A DNA stretch of 64,000 bases from positions 3,488,001 through 3,552,000 of the forward strand of contig CP170459.1 of the NCBI GenBank assembly GCA_047947115.1, in the 5' to 3' direction. Within the stretch, counting starts at the first letter, position 1. Every line of letters begins with the position of its first letter. Positions 8,807 to 17,078 of the stretch are shown here, piece by piece. This DNA is from Verrucomicrobiota bacterium. Lineage in GTDB: Bacteria > Verrucomicrobiota > Verrucomicrobiia > Limisphaerales > AAA164-E04. Below the pieces are notes generated by a model. The model was not told where the DNA came from. It searched no databases and saw only the letters and a list, made by a program, of their open reading frames with translations. The position numbers were made by a program, and so were the translations under genes.

Positions 8807-11800
8807 TCTGAAGCGGGTTGGTGAAGCGATCGTTTGTGATTTGGGAAAGTGTTCCGTCCGGCCATCGTACGTCAACTTGCTGTAATTTGTCTGGTGACGT
8901 GGCAAACAGAGTCGGGGAAGATTGGCTGAGGTAGCCGTTTCCGGCATAGATTTCGCGAACTTCTGTTTTTCCGGAAGTGTGCCGGATGGTGATGCGTGAT
9001 CCAATGCCATGCTGATTTCCCGGTCTGCCCAGGAGCCGGATGCCGAGTGGTTGCGATCCGTAAACGGCCTGGTTGATGAATGCCAACAAACGATCGTTGT
9101 TCTGGGTGGCGACCAGATCAGGCCAACCATCCGCATTCAAATCCGTAATCGCAAGACCCTTTCCATCGCCACCGACTTGAAAGCCGGTTTGTTCGAAATC
9201 CTGGATTTGAAAAACTCCATTGGAATCAAATACGCCAGAAAAACCAATGCCGCCGCGCCATAAACCGGTTTCGGGTTCCCGGGTGTAGAAGTTTTGAACG
9301 CCATAGTAGTCGAGTTGACCGTTTCCATCAAAATCGGACACCACGGTTCCATAGCCAGGCGAGGCTTGAATCAACCGAGGAAAGGCTTTCCAATCAAACG
9401 AACCCTTGCCGCCATTGATGAGGATGCCCGACTCGAAATGATTGGCCAAATACTGCCGGGCTGAATTGAGTTGGTTCACCGGGTAGATCTCATTGAGTTT
9501 TGACGATGCAAATTGACGAAAAGTCGGAAACTTCTCTCTCAACCAGGGCATGACCCCTCCTGCAAAACTCAAGCCACGAACAGGAAGGTATCCTTGGTCT
9601 CCTTTGTGAACCTCGATCAGGAAAGGGCGATTGGTTTGATCCATCGCACCATAAAGCAGGATGGCGGGATTGTTTTGACTGGCTGTTTGATACTTCGTGT
9701 TCAAACCGACGTTCATGACCACATAATCCATGTCGCCGTCTTTGTCCACATCCGCGCCGTTGATGACGTTCCACCAACCCAGGCGCCCGGAAAGCTTTCG
9801 GTTTTCGGTTTCGTCCGCCAGTTTGCCGTTGTGGTTTGCAAAGCATTTCACTGGTCCCCATTCAAGTGTGAGCATCAGGTCGAGGGTTCCGTTGGAATCC
9901 GTGTCCGTCCAAAGCGCCGAGGTGACCATTCCGACGGACCGAAGGCCGGGGGCAATTGTGTCCGTGACATCTACGAAGCGTCCACCTTCGTTCCTCAGTA
10001 ACCGGCTTTCCGGAGTGGTCGGGTAATGGGCTGGAACGACGCGTCCTCCGATGAACAGATCCAGATCTCCATCGGCATCAAAATCTGCAGCGACTGCGGG
10101 GCCGCTCGAGATTGGTTTTTGGGGGAGCACCTCTTCAGGAGCCACGGTAAATTTGCCTTTCCCGTCATTCAGGTAAAGCCGATCATTCAAGACGGGATCT
10201 CCCGGGTTGCATTCCACACCGCCACTGGAGACGAACAAGTCAAGATCTCCGTCCAGATCTACATCCAGCCACAAGGGCGCCATGTCTTCGTGGCGTTGGT
10301 GGGAGTTGAAAATGATTTGATTATCAGTGTCTTTTTCAAAATGTCCCGGGCTTATCTGGATAAAAAGAGCTCCGGGCTGTCCGGATGCACCCGCCAGATA
10401 GACGTCTTCGTCTCCGTCACCGTCCACATCTCCCCAGGCCATGCCTCCCCCGAGTTGCGAATGTTTGGACGGTAATAAAGGCTGACGTTGCCGGTCTTCA
10501 AAAATCGTCTCCTGATGTTTGAAATCGAGACCGATCTGCCGGCTCATTTCGATGAAGCGTTTTCGAGGCCTTTCTGTCGTTGGAGCGGCTTGTCGGGTGG
10601 TGGTTTCTTCAATGGTGTAACGCAGGTTTGTTTGCAGGTTGGTGAAAACCTGCTGAACGCCGCTGGGCCAGTTGACGGTCAATTTGCTGATAGTCTTCTC
10701 ATTTCCCAGTCCAAAATGCAGACTTGGTTCGTTGCTGGCCAGGAAACCTGTCATGGGATTGAGCTGTCGAATCTGAGTGCCCAGCTTTTCACTCTCCACA
10801 TGAACAACGGCCCCCAGGCCATACCGATTACTTGGAGTTCCTTTCAGTCGAATGGTGATACGGTTTCCGGAATGGCTGTTGTTTCTGTAAATGCCGACGG
10901 GTTCATTGAGGTCTGCGGTCACCAGGTCCAGGTCGCCGTCCCCATCGAGGTCTCCATAGGCTGCCCCATAACTCATGCCCATATGATCCAGACCCCATGC
11001 TTTGCTGGTATCTTTAAAGATCAGGTCTCCATGGTTTTTAAAAGCGAAATTCTGTTCCCTGAGAGGCGGTGTGTCTTTCCAAAGGTCCCATTCGGTTTTT
11101 CCTATCAGCATGGAAAGTGATATGGGCATGTCGGCGTCGGTTGACATGCGGGATGCGCCGTTGGTGGTGAACACGTCAACCCGGCCATCGTTGTCAAAAT
11201 CCGCCAACTTGATGGCCCAGGTCCAGTCGGTCGCTGCCAGGTTTGCCATGAATGCGACTTCCATGAACCGATCGGTTCCAGTATTCAGGTAAAGCGTGTT
11301 GTGCGATGTTTGACGTGGCCAGACATTTTCCAGAAACCACCGGCGATCGCCCATTTCGCCATTGCTGATGTGCCATTTGTAATGTGTGGTGGCCATCATA
11401 TCCGCACTCATGAAATCAAGCCGCCCGTCGTTGTTCAGATCGGCACAGTCAGCACCCATGGAAGACCAGGTCGTGTAAGGCATCACATCGGCAATGACAT
11501 CTGTGAAAGTCCCGTCGCCATTGTTGCGGTAAAGATGATCCGGATCCGTGAAATCATTGCCTACATAGAGGTCGATTTTGCCATCCGAGTTGTAATCCCA
11601 CCATGTAGCCGAAAAACCGTGACCGTTTTCTGTGATGCCTGCCTGGACGCTGACATCGGTGAACGTGCCGTCCCCGTTATTGCGAAACAAACGGTCAGGG
11701 CGTCCGCAGGTATCCGCAGTGTAGCTGTTGGGACCGGTCTGGCGCAGGTGATAATACTTTTCGTGCTCCGCTAGGATGTAGGGGCGGCCGTTTTTAAATC

Positions 11801-12521
11801 CAACGGGCGGTTTTTGGGGGCGGCCGCCGGGACGAACATACCGATAGGTCAACACAAAGACATCCAGATCACCGTCATTGTCGTAATCGGCAAAAGTCGG
11901 AAAGATACTGGCATCTACCATGTCCAGACCGCAGGCAGCGGCAGATTCGGTGAATGGTTTCCCTGCGCCCTGATTGATGAAAAGTTGATTGGGGGCGTCA
12001 TAATTGCAGACATAGATATCCAGATCTCCATCGTTATCGATGTCTGCCATGGCCGTTCCCGCTCCCCATCGATCCTCACCCGATGTGTTGGATGCTTCGG
12101 TCATGTCCTTGAACTTAAAAGGTGTCTCCTGAATGTAGAGTCGATTGGATTCAGGTGCGTTGACAAGGTAAAGGTCGGGTTTTCCATCACCATTGACATC
12201 GCCGATTGCGATTCCTCCGCATACGGAGCCTGCGTAATTCAGGTAGCTCTTGGGATGGTCCAGGATCATGTTGTTGGAGAAATGCACGCCGGTGTCATCT
12301 GGCAGTAATCGTTCGAACAATGTGGCGGCAGAGATTTTTTGCGACCGGGGTGACAGGGGGGCTTGATGGATTGTGCCATTTGACATGTCCGCAGATTGCA
12401 TGGAACTCACTGCAAGACAGCATCCAAACAGAACCCCTGCGACGAAGAACCAGTCAACCAAGCAAGAACGTTCCCCGGTGGGGAGGGGCGTGAGATGCTG
12501 CCTGGTCAAATGAAGATTCAT
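8784..12521 (-). CDS. CRTAC1/ASPIC-UnbV family protein with two FG-GAP/VCBS + ASPIC modules
   Basis: Many DxDxDGDLD repeats; two ASPIC-type segments (GTPSNRYGLGAVV...GFLASNEPSLHFGLG and GNQHGIGSRITI...GYLSQSSPTLF). The ORF-track start at 12650 lies inside the repeat array, so ATG 12521 was chosen; the start is uncertain. Confidence 0.85.
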   Translation of the reverse strand: MNLHLTRQHLTPLPTGERSCLVDWFFVAGVLFGCCLAVSSMQSADMSNGTIHQAPLSPRSQKISAATLFERLLPDDTGVHFSNNMILDHPKSYLNYAGSVCGGIAIGDVNGDGKPDLYLVNAPESNRLYIQETPFKFKDMTEASNTSGEDRWGAGTAMADIDNDGDLDIYVCNYDAPNQLFINQGAGKPFTESAAACGLDMVDASIFPTFADYDNDGDLDVFVLTYRYVRPGGRPQKPPVGFKNGRPYILAEHEKYYHLRQTGPNSYTADTCGRPDRLFRNNGDGTFTDVSVQAGITENGHGFSATWWDYNSDGKIDLYVGNDFTDPDHLYRNNGDGTFTDVIADVMPYTTWSSMGADCADLNNDGRLDFMSADMMATTHYKWHISNGEMGDRRWFLENVWPRQTSHNTLYLNTGTDRFMEVAFMANLAATDWTWAIKLADFDNDGRVDVFTTNGASRMSTDADMPISLSMLIGKTEWDLWKDTPPLREQNFAFKNHGDLIFKDTSKAWGLDHMGMSYGAAYGDLDGDGDLDLVTADLNEPVGIYRNNSHSGNRITIRLKGTPSNRYGLGAVVHVESEKLGTQIRQLNPMTGFLASNEPSLHFGLGNEKTISKLTVNWPSGVQQVFTNLQTNLRYTIEETTTRQAAPTTERPRKRFIEMSRQIGLDFKHQETIFEDRQRQPLLPSKHSQLGGGMAWGDVDGDGDEDVYLAGASGQPGALFIQISPGHFEKDTDNQIIFNSHQRHEDMAPLWLDVDLDGDLDLFVSSGGVECNPGDPVLNDRLYLNDGKGKFTVAPEEVLPQKPISSGPAVAADFDADGDLDLFIGGRVVPAHYPTTPESRLLRNEGGRFVDVTDTIAPGLRSVGMVTSALWTDTDSNGTLDLMLTLEWGPVKCFANHNGKLADETENRKLSGRLGWWNVINGADVDKDGDMDYVVMNVGLNTKYQTASQNNPAILLYGAMDQTNRPFLIEVHKGDQGYLPVRGLSFAGGVMPWLREKFPTFRQFASSKLNEIYPVNQLNSARQYLANHFESGILINGGKGSFDWKAFPRLIQASPGYGTVVSDFDGNGQLDYYGVQNFYTREPETGLWRGGIGFSGVFDSNGVFQIQDFEQTGFQVGGDGKGLAITDLNADGWPDLVATQNNDRLLAFINQAVYGSQPLGIRLLGRPGNQHGIGSRITIRHTSGKTEVREIYAGNGYLSQSSPTLFATSPDKLQQVDVRWPDGTLSQITNDRFTNPLQIIQPESK

Positions 12522-12590
12522 GATCTGGTCCGCGTATTTTATGGAGAGCATCAAGTGCAACAAGGATTTTCCGGTCAAGTCCAAGAAATT

Positions 12591-13853
12591 GGAGGGTCCA
12601 GCGCCTGCTTGAACCCACTTCGGACCTTGTGGCGTTTGAGGGCCGGTCATTGTTCCGTGGAAAAGCTGTTGGCGATCGAATCGCTGTGGTCTGCCCGCGT
12701 TCCGGTTGCTTTGCTCAGGGGGGAGGTAAAGGGGTAAGTATGGGAACGGGGTGGCACCCGTCCCTCCGTTGTAAACAATGGAGGGTCAAGCGCCTGCTTG
12801 AACCCACTTCGGACCTTGTGGCGTTTGAGGGCCGGTCATTGTTCGGTGGAAAAGCTGTTGACGATCGAATCGCTGTGGTCTGCCCGCGTTCCGGTTGCTC
12901 TGCTCAGGCGGGTGGTAAAGGGGTAAGTATGGGAACGGGGTGGCACCCGTCCCTCCGTTGTAAACAATGGAGGGGCAAGCGCCTGCTTGAACCCACTTCG
13001 GACCTTGTGGCGTTTGAGGGCCGGTCATTGTTCGGTGGAAAAGCTGTTGACGATCGAATCGCTGTGGTCTGCCCGCATTCCGGTTGCTTTGCTCAGGGGG
13101 GAGGTAAAGGGGTAAGTATGGGAACGGGGTGGCACCCGTCCCTCCGTTGTAAACAATGGAGGGGCAAGCGCCTGCTTGAACCCACTTCGGACCTTGGGGC
13201 GTTTGAGGGCCGGTCATTGTTCAGTGGAAAAGCTGTTGGCGATCGAATCGCTGTGTGCTGCCAGCGTTCCGGTTGCTTTGCTCAGGGGGGAGATAAAGGG
13301 GTAAGTATGGGAACGGGGTGGCACCCGTCCCTCCGTTGTAAACAATGGAGGGGCAAGCGCCTGCTTGAACCCACTTCGGACCTTGTGGCGTTTGAGGGCC
13401 GGTCATTGTTCCGTGGAAAAGCTGTTGGCGATCGAATCGCTGTGGTCTGCCCGCGTTCCGGTTGCTTTGCTTAGGGGGGCGTAAAGGGGCAAGTATGGGA
13501 ACGGGGTGGCACCCGTCCCTCCGTTGTAAACAATGGTGGGTCAAGCGCCTGCTTGAACCCACTTCGGACCTTGGGGCGTTTGAGGGCCGGTCATTGTTCT
13601 GAGGAAAAGCTGTTGGCGATCGAATCGCTGTGGTCTGCCCGCGTTCCGGTTGCTTTGCTCAGGGGGGTGGTAAAGGGGTAAGTATGGGAACGGGGTGGCA
13701 CCCGTCCCGCCGTTGTAAACAATGGAGGGGCAAGCGCCTGCTTGAACCCACTTCGGACCTTGGGGCATTTGAGGGCCGGTCATTGTTCGGTGGAAAAGCT
13801 GTTGCCGATCGAATCGCCGTGGTCTGCCCGCATTCCGCTTGGCGTTGCTCAGG
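12591..13853. repeat. Tandem array, 189-bp period, 6 full + 1 partial copies of a REP-doublet (BIME/REPIN-like) element
   Basis: Unit starts at 12591, 12780, 12969, 13158, 13347, 13535 and 13724 (one period is 188). Each unit is a 177-bp GGAG...CTCC element plus the 12-bp linker GTTGTAAACAAT. Copies differ only by scattered substitutions. Confidence 0.95.
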
Positions 13854-13873
13854 CGAGGGAGTTCCTCATTGTT

Positions 13874-13909
13874 AAAAAGAAAAGCCCGTCCGCTGGGTAG
13901 CGGACGGGC
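13874..13909 (-). terminator. Intrinsic terminator of the LamG/PA14 gene
   Basis: GCCCGTCCGCT-GGGT-AGCGGACGGGC 11-bp stem, followed on the minus strand by TTTTCTTTTT. Confidence 0.85.
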
Positions 13910-13940
13910 GTGATTAAAGGTCGTTCTTTAGATTGCTCGA

Positions 13941-16832
13941 TTACTCGGCAATGTAGAACTGGGCAGCCTGATCAGGAGACACCGAGTAAGGTGAGGTGGC
14001 TCCGGCCACTGCACTGTAACTTCCGTTGACAGTGGCAGAGGATTTCAGTGTGCCAGTGAACTCAATGACAACGCTTCCGTCTTGCAGTGCGACTGAGCTG
14101 ATGGAACCGCCACCGGTGCTACCGCCACCGATTTCGGTGTCGAAGTCCCAGTGAGCCACCAGGCTTGCAATGTCAGCAGGAGAACCGCCGCCGGCGATGC
14201 CCTTCAATTCTGCTTCAGTCAATGCCTTGGAGAAGATCGCGAAGTCATCATAGACAGCGCGGTCTTTGTTGCCAAGGTCAGCTGCAGAACCAATGAACAA
14301 ACCGGTCACATCGGCGGTCAGCGGATCTGCATCCACACCATCGAGGAACAATTCGCCATCAATACGGATTTCCTTTACGCCACCCTTCTTGGAGAAGGAA
14401 TACAAGTGCCATTCGCTCGTGAAGTCAGGATTGTCATCGAAATCAGCGAGCGGAGCATTGATGCGTTGACCAGGAGATGCACAGCAGCCCTGGGTGTCGA
14501 AGTAGATCTGACCGTTACTCCAAGGCAAGTGAGCTTGGAATCCACGGTTTCCGGAACCAGCGGAGTTCGCGATCCAGACTGCTGAGTTGTTGGCGATCGT
14601 GTGCTTCTTGCTCCACAATGCAACGGTGATTTCGTCGGCAGCGAACAGCGGGTTCAACCAATCGTACTCGGTTACGATAACGGAACCGCCTTCAGGGGTC
14701 AGGTCAAGACCACGATCACCAGGTTTGCCAGAGCGTCCTTCACCATCAGCTGTGGAGACGGCGTTGCCGATCACCAAGCCAGGGTATCCACCGACGTTGT
14801 CCAAAGTAGGACCGCCGTATGCCAGGATGCTGAAGCTCCAATCCATGGTGGCAGGATCGCCAACAGGATCTGGATAGGTCAGCGTAACGTTCACGGTTTG
14901 ACCGGAAGGCCAAAGCTCGGTTGGGGTGTAGGTCAGGGTGGCCACTTTGCCTTCGAGGTTCAAGCTTGTTTCGACCTCGGTGCCGTTCACTGACAGGCTG
15001 GTGTTAGCATTCGTCCAAGCAACAGGACCGTTGTTGTGCACCACGGTGATGCCAGTTGTGGCAGGATTGCGGTCCGTTGCGCCATCAGCAGGAGTGATCG
15101 TGCCGAAGGAACCACCAGGAGGTGTGAGCTGAGGTGTAGCAGAGCTCAGGAACTTGCCAGGAATAGGCTGCAAGTTGGCTGCAGGGGTGTCGTCGTTGAC
15201 GTTACGCCAAGCAACCTGGGCGAAGTCGCCGCCGCCGCCCTCTTTGTAGAGAACCTGGATGAAGTATTTTCTGCCCGCGGTCATGGAGATCGGGGTGAAG
15301 GTGGTTTGATCGGCACCCACTTCTAGGAAAGCGTTACAGCAACCAGGCTCTTCAGCTTGGAATTGCAGGTTGGCTTCATCGTCGTCTGTGCTGATCCACA
15401 ATTCGGAAGCGTCGTCCGAACGCAGGAAGAAGTCGTATTCGCCGGTTTCTTCAGGAGTGATCCAACCTTCGATGACAGCACCATAGTTGTCGTTGCTGTC
15501 ATTCGGGAAGATATCACGGCTGTTGAATGAGAAAACAGGTCCCATGAAATCCCAGTCGTTGGGATAGCGACCATCGTCAAACAGACCGACAACAGGAGTT
15601 CCACCGATACCATACCAGGCTTTGAAGGTCAGGATGCCTTCGGTGCCTTCCACACAGGTGTAGATCTTGCCGCCTGAGTTGTCAGGGATGCTGTTTTTGG
15701 ATTCATCCGTGATGTTGGAAGCAGTGACAGTGTAGCTGGAAGCTGGATTCTGCCGAGCGGTGACGATTGTAATCACACCCTTTTTGTGGGTGATGCTTTC
15801 AATGGCCACAGAGGGGTCAATGGTATAGTTACCAGGATCTGTTGCAGATGCTTCGTCCAATTTTTCGGAGAAGGTCATCGTGATGGTGTTCAGGGAACAA
15901 TCGGTCTCCACAGACACGAACGCAGGATCGGTTGTATCGTTGGGATCGGTTCCTTTTTCGAACTCGGCCAAGTTGTTGTCTCCATCGCCATCAGGATCCG
16001 TGGTGGCATCCGAAGCGTCATTGATATCGAACCCGAACTGCTCTTCCCAGTAATCAGGCAGACCATCGCTGTCAGTGTCAACAGGAGCCTGGAAGGGGGA
16101 TCCACCATTGACTAAGAGTTGGATTTCTTCCTGTGTCAAAGCACCTTTGAAGATGGCGAAGTCGTCAATGATTCCATCGGGCTGATTTTCGTCACTTGCT
16201 GCACCGATGAACAATTGAGTCACGTCGGTGGAGAGTGGTGTTGCATCGTCAGACTCAATCAGGATTTGACCGTCGACATAAACTGTTTTGCGCCCTTCGT
16301 CTTTGACAAAAGCGTAGTGATGCCATGTTTCGGCCCAGTCAATGTCCGGAGCAGCATTGACACGTTGTGTGCCTGCTGCACAACAGCCCATGGTGTCAAA
16401 GTAAATGTTCCCGTTGGACCATGGAATGTGGAACTGAAAATGACGCCCTTGAGTTTCTGATACTGCCCAGAAGCTACTGCTGTCGATATTGGAGAAGTTT
16501 TTCTGCCACACGACGATGGATACTTGATCCTCCTCAGCTGCGAGATTCATGGGGTTGTCTTCGCCTTCCGCTTCAAGCAAAAGGTAACCGGCGTTCGCCT
16601 CGGAGACATCAAAACCGTTGCCGCCTCCGTTAGGACGACCATCGCTCACGACTTGAGCGTCTCCGACGATGATTCCGGTGTATTTGCCGTCGGCCGAACG
16701 GAGTTCATCCCCGTTTGGTTGCGAATTAAAGTCCCATCCGGTCACCAATTGGGCCGCATGGACTTGCGCTGTTGTAGCTCCAGCAGAAGCCAATAAGGCG
16801 ACTGCGAGCCATTTTGTTAATTTATTTCTCAT
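13941..16832 (-). CDS. Secreted LamG - TSP3-like - Ig-like - PA14 - LamG surface protein
   Basis: Signal peptide (...QVHA); LamG units; DTDSDGLPDYWE/DPDGDGDNNLAEF Ca-type repeats; ITMTFSEKLD Ig-like segment; PA14 motif NYGAVIEGWITPEETGEYDFFLRSDDASELW...YKEGGGGD; short C-terminal domain ending QFYIAE. Confidence 0.85.
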   Translation of the reverse strand: MRNKLTKWLAVALLASAGATTAQVHAAQLVTGWDFNSQPNGDELRSADGKYTGIIVGDAQVVSDGRPNGGGNGFDVSEANAGYLLLEAEGEDNPMNLAAEEDQVSIVVWQKNFSNIDSSSFWAVSETQGRHFQFHIPWSNGNIYFDTMGCCAAGTQRVNAAPDIDWAETWHHYAFVKDEGRKTVYVDGQILIESDDATPLSTDVTQLFIGAASDENQPDGIIDDFAIFKGALTQEEIQLLVNGGSPFQAPVDTDSDGLPDYWEEQFGFDINDASDATTDPDGDGDNNLAEFEKGTDPNDTTDPAFVSVETDCSLNTITMTFSEKLDEASATDPGNYTIDPSVAIESITHKKGVITIVTARQNPASSYTVTASNITDESKNSIPDNSGGKIYTCVEGTEGILTFKAWYGIGGTPVVGLFDDGRYPNDWDFMGPVFSFNSRDIFPNDSNDNYGAVIEGWITPEETGEYDFFLRSDDASELWISTDDDEANLQFQAEEPGCCNAFLEVGADQTTFTPISMTAGRKYFIQVLYKEGGGGDFAQVAWRNVNDDTPAANLQPIPGKFLSSATPQLTPPGGSFGTITPADGATDRNPATTGITVVHNNGPVAWTNANTSLSVNGTEVETSLNLEGKVATLTYTPTELWPSGQTVNVTLTYPDPVGDPATMDWSFSILAYGGPTLDNVGGYPGLVIGNAVSTADGEGRSGKPGDRGLDLTPEGGSVIVTEYDWLNPLFAADEITVALWSKKHTIANNSAVWIANSAGSGNRGFQAHLPWSNGQIYFDTQGCCASPGQRINAPLADFDDNPDFTSEWHLYSFSKKGGVKEIRIDGELFLDGVDADPLTADVTGLFIGSAADLGNKDRAVYDDFAIFSKALTEAELKGIAGGGSPADIASLVAHWDFDTEIGGGSTGGGSISSVALQDGSVVIEFTGTLKSSATVNGSYSAVAGATSPYSVSPDQAAQFYIAE

Positions 16833-16894
16833 AAGTTACACTATTTTGAGTAAGTAACGTTTGGGTTTCACTGCAACGTTCACCAAATTACAGC

Positions 16895-16940
16895 CAACGG
16901 GTACACGGCACACACGGTTTATTTCGCCGCGTACCCGTTG
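16895..16940 (-). promoter_or_regulatory. Leader hairpin with loop GAAAUAAACCGUGUGU upstream of the LamG/PA14 gene
   Basis: 15-bp stem CAACGGGUACGCGGC/GCCGUGUACCCGUUG with one G-U pair on the minus strand. A TTGACA at 16994-16989 would place it in the 5' UTR. Confidence 0.55.
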
Positions 16941-17078
16941 CACTGATATCATTGGTGAGAAGGCATCCTGCTAAAAAAACAGGCCCAGTGTCAAGAATGG
17001 AACTTCTGCAAGTAGAAAAATGTAAAAAATTCAACCTAAGTGCTTGATGAGAGTAAATCGGAAGCCTTTTCGGATGCC

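Noticed and set aside
12522..12650. N-terminal extension of the CRTAC1 ORF (MTGPQTPQGPKW...)
   Set aside because: It is translated repeat and intergenic sequence; the hydrophobic signal-like segment lies further downstream.
12591..13853. CRISPR array
   Set aside because: Whole 189-bp units repeat with only point differences; there are no unique spacers and no cas genes.
12629..13875. 63-aa repeat proteins encoded by the array on either strand
   Set aside because: The ORFs arise because the period is a multiple of 3. They are broken by a 188-bp unit and stops, and the solo copy conserves hairpins rather than a reading frame.
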